Below are positions 18,933-28,068 of a stretch of 64,000 nt of DNA, piece after piece. Below the pieces are notes generated by a model. It was not told the DNA's origin. It saw nothing but the letters and a program-made list of their open reading frames with translations, and searched no databases. The position numbers and the translations under genes were made by a program. Position 1 is the stretch's first letter, and each line of letters opens with the position of its first letter. Source of the DNA: a virus (Duplodnaviria; Caudoviricetes); the IMG/VR virus record IMGVR_UViG_3300028591_000110, positions 71,564 through 135,563 of that record, one strand, 5' to 3'.

Positions 18933-19727
18933 CTATACCAAGGTTTTAATCAGGCGATCTTTTGCCACCTCAGACCACGGCTTTCCATAGTACGGGCTCT
19001 TCTTTTTATCGCAGAACCCGTTGTCCATGCCGATAAAACGGCGGCCTTCCAGTTTTGCGGCAATCAGAGTCGATCCGGCGCCGCAGCAGTTGTCCAGGAT
19101 CAGATCGCCGGGATTGGAATAGGTGCGGATCAGGTATCGCAGGAGTGATACAGGCTTTTCTGTTGCGCTAATGGCAACGGAAGGGTGCGGCTTTGCAAAA
19201 GAGAGGATAGAACCGGGATACTTCATCGTGGATTCGCGCTGCTCCACGATGTTGTAGTCACCGTAGCTGCGGTTGGAATGCACATCATCCGCTTTCCGTC
19301 CAAGCGCTCTGCCCTTGGTATGGTTTTTCTTGCCCTTTACCATTTGCGGGTGATAGGCAGGCGGAGCTTTGTAAAACACCATGATATCCTCATGCTGGCG
19401 CAGCGGCATTCGTTTGGCGTTAAGAAATCCGCTCTTGAGCTGCTTGTCCCAAACGAGATTGTAGCGATGCAGCTTTGGATTGGAGAGCATCATGGTCGCG
19501 GTGAATTTATCCTGACCGAACATGAGAATTGCGCCGTTCGGCTTGATGATCCGCTCGTACTGCTCCCAAAGCGGAGCCGGAGGGATCATGACATCCCATG
19601 AGTTCTGAGTCATCTGATACGGAGGATCTACCAGAATCATATCGATGGATTCATCCGGGATCTGGCGCATCAGCTCAAGACAATTGCCTTGATAGACATT
19701 GTTTTCAGATACCAAAAACGTCCGCAC
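18933..19727 (-). CDS. DNA N6-adenine / N4-cytosine methyltransferase (beta class)
   Basis: DPPY, EKPVSLL, ILDNCCGAGST. Confidence 0.9.
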   Translation of the reverse strand: MRTFLVSENNVYQGNCLELMRQIPDESIDMILVDPPYQMTQNSWDVMIPPAPLWEQYERIIKPNGAILMFGQDKFTATMMLSNPKLHRYNLVWDKQLKSGFLNAKRMPLRQHEDIMVFYKAPPAYHPQMVKGKKNHTKGRALGRKADDVHSNRSYGDYNIVEQRESTMKYPGSILSFAKPHPSVAISATEKPVSLLRYLIRTYSNPGDLILDNCCGAGSTLIAAKLEGRRFIGMDNGFCDKKKSPYYGKPWSEVAKDRLIKTLV

Positions 19728-20049
19728 CTACTCTTTCATAAAGTTCTTTATCATAGAAAAAGTGTACATCTGATTTATCTCCTCTATGAAACGCAACAAT
19801 GCTGCGGCTCACCATTTCGATCGGTGTGTTGATGTCAATATACAGATTGTCGCAGCGCAGCCCTCTCATATTAGCGAAGGCTGAATGCCACTCAATAACG
19901 ACGCTTCCATCAATATTGATTTCAAAATTGTCTCTGCCGAATCTCCAACTGATAACATCCGATTCGAGGTTGCGATATCTTTCTGAGATGATTTTTTGCG
20001 CAACTCTTTCTGCGAGCTTTTTGTTATACGACAAAATGAGATACCGCAT
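19705..20049 (-). CDS. Hypothetical protein
   Basis: Operonic ORF. Confidence 0.55.
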   Translation of the reverse strand: MRYLILSYNKKLAERVAQKIISERYRNLESDVISWRFGRDNFEINIDGSVVIEWHSAFANMRGLRCDNLYIDINTPIEMVSRSIVAFHRGDKSDVHFFYDKELYERVGADVFGI

Positions 20050-20051
20050 AA

Positions 20052-20489
20052 TTACGCCCTCCCCGTGCTTCCGTGGCCTCCGCGATCTGCGTTGCCGAGC
20101 GCTTCCACTTCTTCAAAGATCAGCTCCGGCTGATGCTTCATGATACGGAACTGACAGATGCGGTCTCCCTTCTTGATCTTCGTCGGACGCATGGCGATGG
20201 CAGGGAAGAACCACTGATCGTTGTCGCCGCAATAGCTCTCGTCGATCAAGCCCATGCTGTTGGCCTGAATGATGCCGAAGTTCTTGAACGTGGAGCTGCG
20301 CGGGATCACATGCGCCTCGTAGCCTTCCGGCAGCTCCATTGCGACTCCGAGCGGGATCAGACGGAAGGAATGCCCGCGCATCTCGACATCCTCCGCAGCG
20401 CGAAGGTCGATCCAGTCAGACTTGCCGTCGATGTAGGTCAGCTTCTCAATACTGTCGTCAAAATACTTGATTTTGATTTTTTCAGCCAT
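20052..20489 (-). CDS. dut: dUTPase
   Basis: [32 protein letters not shown]. Confidence 0.95.
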   Translation of the reverse strand: MAEKIKIKYFDDSIEKLTYIDGKSDWIDLRAAEDVEMRGHSFRLIPLGVAMELPEGYEAHVIPRSSTFKNFGIIQANSMGLIDESYCGDNDQWFFPAIAMRPTKIKKGDRICQFRIMKHQPELIFEEVEALGNADRGGHGSTGRA

Positions 20490-20502
20490 TCTTTGTCCCT
20501 CC

Positions 20503-21258
20503 TTAGCCGTAGCAGAAGTAGGTGCTTCCGCTGAGCGGATGATAGAAATGCATCGCCACGCCGTAGCCCTGCTTAAAATTGGCCTGATACAGAACAGACG
20601 GATCGTCAAACACTCTCTCCCCGTTCATCAGCCTTACTGCTGCGTCAACGCAGTATGGATACAGAACCATGCCATTGTATCTATGCTTATCCGCATACTG
20701 TCCATCCTGATACACGACATCGTAGATCGTTTTCGGATACTTGGGAGACGCAACGCGATTGAGCACAACTTCGCCGACGCCCATCCGCCATTCCATAGGC
20801 AGCCAATCACTGCCGGCCTCGTTCTGGATGACCTTGGCGAGCAGGACAAATTCATCGAAGGTAAACTTCTGATAGCCCAAGCCGAGGTAAGAGATCTTGA
20901 TGTTGCGCTTTTTTGCCGCTTCGACGCCGGCGTTGTAGTCTCCGGAGTATACGGCGGAAACCATCTCCGCCATATAGTCTGCCTCCAGAGAGAAGCCGAC
21001 GCGATATTCAAAGGTCTCCAGCAGCTCCGCCGCAGAGACGGGCGTCCAGCTCATGTTTTCGCCCTTGATCTTCTCGTTGCGAAGACGCGCGGCCTCCTCA
21101 AGCGATTTGTAATCGCGGGCGATGGCGGCTTTGATCATCAGCTCCATATAATCCACATTCGGATCATAGCTTGCTGCAGCAGCAGTCCCAAACAGGAGGG
21201 ACAGGGCGATCAGTGGCGTGATGATATATTTCACAACGGTTTTCATATTTTTCTTCAT
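20503..21258 (-). CDS. SleB-like cell wall hydrolase (Hydrolase_2), secreted
   Basis: [38 protein letters not shown]; signal peptide. Confidence 0.85.
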   Translation of the reverse strand: MKKNMKTVVKYIITPLIALSLLFGTAAAASYDPNVDYMELMIKAAIARDYKSLEEAARLRNEKIKGENMSWTPVSAAELLETFEYRVGFSLEADYMAEMVSAVYSGDYNAGVEAAKKRNIKISYLGLGYQKFTFDEFVLLAKVIQNEAGSDWLPMEWRMGVGEVVLNRVASPKYPKTIYDVVYQDGQYADKHRYNGMVLYPYCVDAAVRLMNGERVFDDPSVLYQANFKQGYGVAMHFYHPLSGSTYFCYG

Positions 21259-21270
21259 GGTGTTTCTCCT

Positions 21271-21864
21271 TTACATATACTCCGAGACGAGCGACGCGAG
21301 CGACATGCCGTTCTGCTTTGCGAGATCAATGCAGATTGCAGTCACATTCTTTTCGGTGGACGCGCCGATCTCATTGTTGATGTAGTTCAGCAGATCCGGA
21401 TATGTACGCTCTTTGTAGCAGTCGCAGATGTCTTCATCCTTGGCGCCGCAGCCGAACTCTTCACGGTCTTCGCACGGCAGACAATACTCTGTGTACCAGT
21501 CCTGCCGAACCCGACCGTCCCATGCTTTCAGACTTTTGCCGCGAATGATGTAACTGCGCTCGACCGGGCCGAGGTTGGAGCCTTCTGCATGGCGCCACCA
21601 GCCCCATTTCTCTTTCCAGTCATCGTCTGAGATCTTGCAGAGCGCTTTGAACCAGGAGCTCGGAAGCTCCCATACTTCCCAATAACCGTTTGAAGAGACG
21701 GCAGTTTTCGTGGCCGGAACGCCGAGATCGGCGAAGGCGTTGGACAAGCCTTCGCCTCCAAGGATCTCGACCATCGGCTCTCCGTACTCAAAAAGATCAG
21801 CAATAATTTTGGCGCTTCGGTCATTGCTGACGGTAACTTTCTTTAGGATGCTGGATGTTGCCAT
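21271..21864 (-). CDS. Hypothetical protein
   Basis: Operonic ORF. Confidence 0.6.
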   Translation of the reverse strand: MATSSILKKVTVSNDRSAKIIADLFEYGEPMVEILGGEGLSNAFADLGVPATKTAVSSNGYWEVWELPSSWFKALCKISDDDWKEKWGWWRHAEGSNLGPVERSYIIRGKSLKAWDGRVRQDWYTEYCLPCEDREEFGCGAKDEDICDCYKERTYPDLLNYINNEIGASTEKNVTAICIDLAKQNGMSLASLVSEYM

Positions 21865-22343
21865 TATGAAAGCTCCTTTGCATACTGATTCGGTGACGCC
21901 AGCCAGACGCCGAGCACTTCGTCATAGTGCTTTTCCTGATTCGGGATGAAGCGACCAAACTTCATAATGACGTTCGGGAGCCGGCTGAAAGCATCGACAG
22001 AGCTTCTGATCTCATCTTCTGTATATCCGGTATAGATTACGACCGGATCATTGCGCTTATATTTCGTGCGAAGCAGATTGATGAAATGATAGACTTCCTG
22101 AGACTGATCCATCGGTTCAAGTCCTGCAAATACAATCGCCTTCGTGATTGGGTTTCGCAGATAGCGCTGAATCAGCATGTCATCGTCAATGAGGATGGAC
22201 GGCTCTTTGGCGAGAGAGCTGTTTTGACAACAGCTCGCCCCGCTTTCTTTATCGCACTTGAAATTGCAGGTGCTTGTGCAGATGTACATGGACGGCAGCT
22301 TGTAGTTTGGAAAATCCTCATCTACCAGTCCTTTGATTCTCAT
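21864..22343 (-). CDS. nrdG: Anaerobic RNR activase
   Basis: CNFKC...CCQNS, GLEP, IYTGY, LASPNQ; adjacent to nrdD. Confidence 0.9.
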   Translation of the reverse strand: MRIKGLVDEDFPNYKLPSMYICTSTCNFKCDKESGASCCQNSSLAKEPSILIDDDMLIQRYLRNPITKAIVFAGLEPMDQSQEVYHFINLLRTKYKRNDPVVIYTGYTEDEIRSSVDAFSRLPNVIMKFGRFIPNQEKHYDEVLGVWLASPNQYAKELS

Positions 22344-24310
22344 TGCATCACCCCATCATTGGACAGCACATTCATCCAACGGCGTTTGTCAAATTCCGTT
22401 TTACGGATTTTCTGATAGCTTGAGGTTGGCGTGTAAAATCCGACGACACGAGCATAGGTGTCCGCCACGGGCTCACCGCAGACAGGACAACGCGGCTCAC
22501 TGATGAATGCGTGACGATCTTTACAGACGCTGATCTTTGTAGTGAATGCGAAATAGATTACACCTTGAGACGCCACATAGTTCAGCATATCCCACGCTGT
22601 ATCGCTGTCAGGGAAGCGGTTTTCGATGTTGATATGCGCGATGCATCCGCCTCCGCACTTCTTATCGAACAGGGAACCAAGTCTGCACTTCTCCTGAATG
22701 GTGCATTTCTCCATCAGAGGAATCCACTGGTTCGAGTAAATGAAATACTTGTTCTGCTCATACAGAAGGTTGTCTGCCTGACAGATGACGCCGGCACAGT
22801 TTTCTGCAGGGATCATCTCAATGTTGAAGGTGAAGTCGCATTCAAAGTTGTCTTTGACTTCATTCATCACATCAAGGATCTCCGATGCAAACTCCACGGC
22901 CTCATCGGAATAACTCTTGCAGCCAACTTCATCCGTATCGATCAGGCCAAAGAGATCCATGACCTCATACATGCCGATGCCGCCGATGGTGCAGAACTGC
23001 TTATCCAGCTCTACGGCGCCATCCTGATAGTTTGGCAGGAGGCCTTTTTCGATATTGCGCTGAATGATGTGGCGCATGGCGGTAAGCGCTTTGCAATCCA
23101 GCAACACACGATCACGCAGGATCTTGATGTATTTCTTTCGGTTCATGCCGCTCTCATACGCAATGCGGACAAGGTTGATCGTGCTAACGCGGCAGGAGCC
23201 GACAGAGAGCGCAGTACCGCCGATGGAGTTGATGAAGGCGTCCAGCTTTTTGGTGTCGCTCAGAAGACGGCAGCAGTTGGAAAGAACACCAACATTATCG
23301 CTGCAGAAGAAGTTGCTGTCAGACCATTCGATGTTATGGTCGGAGCACCATCTTGCAAATGGAGCGTCCACAAAAATATCCCATTCACGCGTTTGAATCA
23401 TTTTCTCGATCTCTTCCGGAGAATGAGGTTTTACAAGGAGAGAGTAAGACAACACCGGATAGGTGAACATGTTTGTCTCCCTGATTTCGCTGACGACCTC
23501 CATAAAGACCTTCTGGCAGTCAATCAGATCCTCAATATGATCGATTGCATAGGTTCCGTCCGGGAACTCTACGCCTCCGAAGAGTGATTCCAGATAGGGA
23601 CGATCAAAAATCGACACATTGGTGAAAGCACTCTGATCAATACGGAGGAACGGTTGATTGAGACGATAAATCAGCTTCTGGAACTGCTGGCGGAGATAGT
23701 AGTCAGGATCTTTCATGTAGTATCCCTTTTCTACGTCCACCTTCCAGAACCACCATGCCCAAATCAGGATGTTCGGCATACCAACGGCGCCGGACTGACG
23801 GTTGCTGAGGAAACTGACAAACTCGATGACATCATCAAAGTAGGTCGTGAGATGCTTTGGGGCTTGGTTGTTGTACTTGCCGAGGAAGAACAAGCCCTCT
23901 GTGGCAAGGCGGGTGAAATCGTTTGCCCAGCAGTACGGGAAGTAGCTTGCGGTTGTTGAATCGTTCAGATAAAATCCACGACTAAACTCTTGCTCCAACC
24001 ACTGCTTTGCCGTGCGAAGCCCAAACATCTTCTTGATCTCGCTGAAGATCTTGTTCAGGCCAAAGAGTTTGTCTTCGCTTTTGCCTTTTTCGGTCATGAA
24101 GCTGCGGATATCTTTATGGTTGGAATTTGCGTTCGGGTCAATGCTGGCGTCCGCAAGCGTGTCCTTGTCCACAAAGTTGTCAATGAACTCAGAGAAGTCA
24201 AGCTGACTCGGATGAACACCATTGATGTATTCAAAATCTTCGCCGTACTTCTTCTTGAGGTCTTCCAGACATCGCTCGAAATCTTTGGAAAGTTTTAGCT
24301 GAATCTCCAT
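22340..24310 (-). CDS. nrdD: Class III anaerobic ribonucleotide reductase
   Basis: QSGAVG, SNCCRL, EMIPAE, CPVCG, YARVVGFY glycyl-radical motif. Confidence 0.95.
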   Translation of the reverse strand: MEIQLKLSKDFERCLEDLKKKYGEDFEYINGVHPSQLDFSEFIDNFVDKDTLADASIDPNANSNHKDIRSFMTEKGKSEDKLFGLNKIFSEIKKMFGLRTAKQWLEQEFSRGFYLNDSTTASYFPYCWANDFTRLATEGLFFLGKYNNQAPKHLTTYFDDVIEFVSFLSNRQSGAVGMPNILIWAWWFWKVDVEKGYYMKDPDYYLRQQFQKLIYRLNQPFLRIDQSAFTNVSIFDRPYLESLFGGVEFPDGTYAIDHIEDLIDCQKVFMEVVSEIRETNMFTYPVLSYSLLVKPHSPEEIEKMIQTREWDIFVDAPFARWCSDHNIEWSDSNFFCSDNVGVLSNCCRLLSDTKKLDAFINSIGGTALSVGSCRVSTINLVRIAYESGMNRKKYIKILRDRVLLDCKALTAMRHIIQRNIEKGLLPNYQDGAVELDKQFCTIGGIGMYEVMDLFGLIDTDEVGCKSYSDEAVEFASEILDVMNEVKDNFECDFTFNIEMIPAENCAGVICQADNLLYEQNKYFIYSNQWIPLMEKCTIQEKCRLGSLFDKKCGGGCIAHINIENRFPDSDTAWDMLNYVASQGVIYFAFTTKISVCKDRHAFISEPRCPVCGEPVADTYARVVGFYTPTSSYQKIRKTEFDKRRWMNVLSNDGVMQ

Positions 24311-24319
24311 GCGTTCACC

Positions 24320-24529
24320 TCACTGCTCGTTTACCCAGGCGATTGCAGAGGGAAAATTACGGAGCTCTCCGTCCACCTCAAGCATCGGCGCCTCCATGAT
24401 TCCGAGCTCTCGCATTGCCTCCACATCGGTGTTGACCTCATACGGGATCTGCTTTGCTGCGAGCTTGCTTTCCAGCACCTTGCACTTCGGACAATTTGTG
24501 GAATGTACAACCACATTCATAAACATCAC
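24320..24529 (-). CDS. Glutaredoxin / NrdH-like protein
   Basis: CPKC, APMLEVDG. Confidence 0.85.
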   Translation of the reverse strand: MMFMNVVVHSTNCPKCKVLESKLAAKQIPYEVNTDVEAMRELGIMEAPMLEVDGELRNFPSAIAWVNEQ

Positions 24530-25113
24530 TCCTTTTTCTTCGGTAATAAATCAAACTGGCAAGCGCGGTATTTGATGGCTGCGTAGACCTCATCGAAATT
24601 GTGTACGCGGATCATACCGGAGCCCTTTGTGTCAAAGGTTCTGTTATGCGGGCGATCAAACAGAATGCCGTAGTATGTGCCGCCTACCAAATTAACGGGG
24701 TTGTCGTCCACCAAAATATCCCCGATTACCATTTGTTTGTTGTGTGCGACGATCAAATGTTTGTCGTCGATAAATGGGAACATCTCTTTCAGCCGGTCGA
24801 ACTTGACGCGGCAGTTCCGATAGTCCGTCGCTGTGACGATATAGATCTCAAACTTCTCCTCATGCAGCTTGTTCAGGATCTTCTGGCTGCCGGGGATGGG
24901 GGAGAGGCTTTCCCAAAGCTCATCCTCCACGAGAAGTTCATACACTTGCTCGCGCGTCAGAGACGGGAACGCCTCATTTACATTCCATGAATGCACGTCC
25001 TCCGGTTCAACAGACGTACCGTATCTGCGGTTTAAGAGTTTCACCCAGCATTCCAGAAGATTTTCCAGAACGTCATCTGCGTCGAACAGAATCACAGGCT
25101 TTCTGGAAATCAT
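24526..25113 (-). CDS. 5'(3')-deoxyribonucleotidase (HAD family)
   Basis: FDADDVL, IVTA, ILVDD, PHN. Confidence 0.85.
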   Translation of the reverse strand: MISRKPVILFDADDVLENLLECWVKLLNRRYGTSVEPEDVHSWNVNEAFPSLTREQVYELLVEDELWESLSPIPGSQKILNKLHEEKFEIYIVTATDYRNCRVKFDRLKEMFPFIDDKHLIVAHNKQMVIGDILVDDNPVNLVGGTYYGILFDRPHNRTFDTKGSGMIRVHNFDEVYAAIKYRACQFDLLPKKKE

Positions 25114-25646
25114 TCTTCACCTCGCGTGAGCTCATGCAGCAGGAGCTGAGAGGAATTGAAGAGGTCTGCGAGCGACGTGTTCTCCACGATGTAGTCATAG
25201 ACATAATCGTCAAGCGCGGTTTCGGACGGGTGCTGCTTCTGTTCTTCCGTGAGGCCGGAGTCAAAGTCCGGCCTGACGACTCTGACCAAAGAGACGTCAA
25301 AGCCGTAATGCTCCAGAAGTTCCACCTCATTCGGGAATCTCGTGTCCGGGATGATTACATAGTCCCATTCATCCTTGAACATGGACAGGATGTTCACGAT
25401 GAAATCCGCCCAGTAGTCCGGCGAGACGGCGCGAACTCTGTCAGTGCCGACGTACTGAAGGAGAGTTCGTCCGCGCTCGTCCTTTACACCGTCCCATTTG
25501 AAGAAGGTCTTGCAGACGTACTTGACCAGATCCGCATAGTGCGCAATCAGTACCCGTTTGCTTTGGAATTGCAGCCCATCTTCCAGATATTTTGCGAGCG
25601 TGTCCTTGCCATGCCGAGCCTTGCCGGAAATGCAGATTACTTTCAT
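25110..25646 (-). CDS. Deoxynucleoside monophosphate kinase
   Basis: SGKARHGKDT, RTLLQYVGT, DTRFPNE, HPSET. Confidence 0.9.
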   Translation of the reverse strand: MKVICISGKARHGKDTLAKYLEDGLQFQSKRVLIAHYADLVKYVCKTFFKWDGVKDERGRTLLQYVGTDRVRAVSPDYWADFIVNILSMFKDEWDYVIIPDTRFPNEVELLEHYGFDVSLVRVVRPDFDSGLTEEQKQHPSETALDDYVYDYIVENTSLADLFNSSQLLLHELTRGEE

Positions 25647-26338
25647 TTGTACATCCCCCAATAAATATCATCGAAGAGCGCCGGCATGAGCTTGTACATC
25701 TCAACCAGCATTGGGATTGCGATCTCTCTCATTTGCGGATGCGCTGCCGGAGCGCAGCGGAGCTTGAAGAAGTGACGCCACGCGCGAATGTCCATCGTGA
25801 CGACGATATCCGCCTTGGTGGAATTTGGCAGGACGCTTCTGGCGATCTGAGGCGAGGCGCCGAGCGCGATCATGTTCATGTAATGCTGCTCCGCATCACG
25901 CACAGCCTTGCACCACTCTTCAAAGATCAGAGCGAAATCGTCTTCGTTGAGATTTTCCATCGTCTGATCCTGAGCCATGCCGCCGCGAATATCGATAAGC
26001 TGGATCTCATTGCCAAACTTATCCTTGGCGTAATTGCAGTAGCGCGTGGACTCCTGGCTGTAGCTGGCGAGACGGTGACGGACGATCTCATGCGTGACGC
26101 CGCGATCAGTCGTGATAATGGCGGTCACGAAGGAATGCTCAAGGACAGATTCATGACCACGAGCGATCAAGCCGCGAATGAATTTGTCATAGGAGTTGTC
26201 TGTGATCGCACCTTCGCTCTTGTAGCAGATGCGCCCGCAGCGCTCGATGTGCTTCATCATGTTCACGCCGTCCTCCGGCGTAAGTTCCTGCATCGTAACA
26301 GGGGAGAGGAGCTTAAATGACGGGGTTAAAACAATCAT
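25643..26338 (-). CDS. thyX: Flavin-dependent thymidylate synthase
   Basis: GHESVLEH, RHRLASYSQESTRY, ARSVLP, AHPQMR. Confidence 0.95.
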   Translation of the reverse strand: MIVLTPSFKLLSPVTMQELTPEDGVNMMKHIERCGRICYKSEGAITDNSYDKFIRGLIARGHESVLEHSFVTAIITTDRGVTHEIVRHRLASYSQESTRYCNYAKDKFGNEIQLIDIRGGMAQDQTMENLNEDDFALIFEEWCKAVRDAEQHYMNMIALGASPQIARSVLPNSTKADIVVTMDIRAWRHFFKLRCAPAAHPQMREIAIPMLVEMYKLMPALFDDIYWGMYK

Positions 26339-28032
26339 GCGATTTTTCTTTTCCTTTCTTCGCAGTATTCAGGCAGATTCGCCCGGACAAGCGCCGCCGC
26401 CATGGGAGGCGAGACCGCATTTCCGCAGCGGGCAACTTGTTTGGTTTTCGGATACGGCTTGCCCTGGTCATCGTGGTCAATGATGTAATCCTCCGGGAAG
26501 CCCATGGCGCGGTACAGCTCTCTCGGTGTCAGCATCCGCAGCGAGATATCCGAGATGTAGTAGAGCGCGTCGTCGATCTTCAGCAGCAGCACTTCATTGT
26601 CCGCAAGGCTGTAGCCGCAATGCTGATTCAGGAGCGCTCGGATTTCAGGCCAGTAGCCTAGATCTGTGCCGCCGGCATATTTCTTTACAAGCACCTCCGC
26701 AACGGCAAACTCTCCTGCGCTTGCGGTAACGGTCTGCAGCGGCTGCGTAACGTCCTGACCGAGATTTGTGCCTTTGAACTTGACAATATGAACGCAGGTC
26801 AGCGCCTCGCGGTCGTGACTCGTGACCGTCCGCATCGGCTCGCGCGGATCGATCGGATTGCCGTTGCCGTAATACTCCGTGAGATGCGCTGTCGTCATGC
26901 CGTAGCGATTGGAGGAATCCACCGTCGGCAACGGATCGCTCAGATTGCTGACACGGGCGTTTTCGGTCTGCTCGGTGTGATACTGGATCAGGTTTGCGGC
27001 AGACAGACACAGGCCGCCGCTGGATCGGATGACGCCGACGGGCTTGTCAACCGCGTCTCCGACGCTGTATCCGGTGTTGGAGAAGACCACAAATGGCTTA
27101 CCGCTCTTGATGGTGAATTTATCAACGCCGCGAATAATCCGGCGAAGCGTGTTATTCGCAAGCGGGCGAACAGCATTGACGCCGTATTGGTCTTTCAGCT
27201 CCTGTTTGGAGGCGAAAATGGAGTATGTCGGGATAGACCAGTCAATCACACTGGCAGCAGAGACCCATGGCAAAGACACTGAGATGCTTTCGCCATTTTT
27301 GAATCGGACACATCCGCCGTTCGAGTGCGTCTTTTCCGGCCAGACAATCGGCTGACCATCTGATCGCGCGATCAGGACGAACCGCTTACGAGTTGTAGGC
27401 GCTCCATAATCAGCAGCGACAAGCTCTTTGAACTCAATCTTGTAGCCGAGGCCGTTCATCAGCCGGACGGCATCTTTCCCGTTGCGCGGGATCTCCAGAA
27501 ACTCGCACGCTTCGTCCAGAGCATCCAGCGACGCAGCGTCTTCCGGTAGCCCGTCACCGAGCATGCCGATAAACGCGCGGAAGGTCTCGCCCTTGCGTTC
27601 CGGATCTGGAGTATACATCGGCAAATCGTGACTGTTTTTGCCGATATACATCAGCGGCCCCCAAGTCTGGATCTCCTCGACGTTTTCCATCATGATCACT
27701 CGCGGACGCACCGTCATCGCCCAGCGCAGAATCACCCACGAGAGACCGCGAATGTTGCGATCTACGAGCGGAGCGCCCTTTGCCTTGGAAAAATGGCGAC
27801 AATCTGGAGAGAACCATCCGAGCGCAACGGGGTTTCCTCCGCAGGCTTTGACAGGATCGATATCAAAGACCGATTCCTGATAATGCTTTGTTGACGGGTG
27901 GTTCGTTCGGTGCATGGTGATGGCGTCCGGATCGTGGTTGACGGCGATATCCACATCACGACCGATTGCCATGCGGATACCGGTGGAAGCGCCGCCTCCT
28001 CCGGCAAAATTGTCTACGAATAACTCCCTCAA
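26335..28032 (-). CDS. DNA C5-cytosine methyltransferase
   Basis: FAGGGG, SPDC, ENV, YGAPTTRKR, CGNAV. Confidence 0.95.
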   Translation of the reverse strand: MRELFVDNFAGGGGASTGIRMAIGRDVDIAVNHDPDAITMHRTNHPSTKHYQESVFDIDPVKACGGNPVALGWFSPDCRHFSKAKGAPLVDRNIRGLSWVILRWAMTVRPRVIMMENVEEIQTWGPLMYIGKNSHDLPMYTPDPERKGETFRAFIGMLGDGLPEDAASLDALDEACEFLEIPRNGKDAVRLMNGLGYKIEFKELVAADYGAPTTRKRFVLIARSDGQPIVWPEKTHSNGGCVRFKNGESISVSLPWVSAASVIDWSIPTYSIFASKQELKDQYGVNAVRPLANNTLRRIIRGVDKFTIKSGKPFVVFSNTGYSVGDAVDKPVGVIRSSGGLCLSAANLIQYHTEQTENARVSNLSDPLPTVDSSNRYGMTTAHLTEYYGNGNPIDPREPMRTVTSHDREALTCVHIVKFKGTNLGQDVTQPLQTVTASAGEFAVAEVLVKKYAGGTDLGYWPEIRALLNQHCGYSLADNEVLLLKIDDALYYISDISLRMLTPRELYRAMGFPEDYIIDHDDQGKPYPKTKQVARCGNAVSPPMAAALVRANLPEYCEERKRKIA

Positions 28033-28068
28033 ACAATCACTCCTAGTTTTTAATGGTTTGCTAATGGT

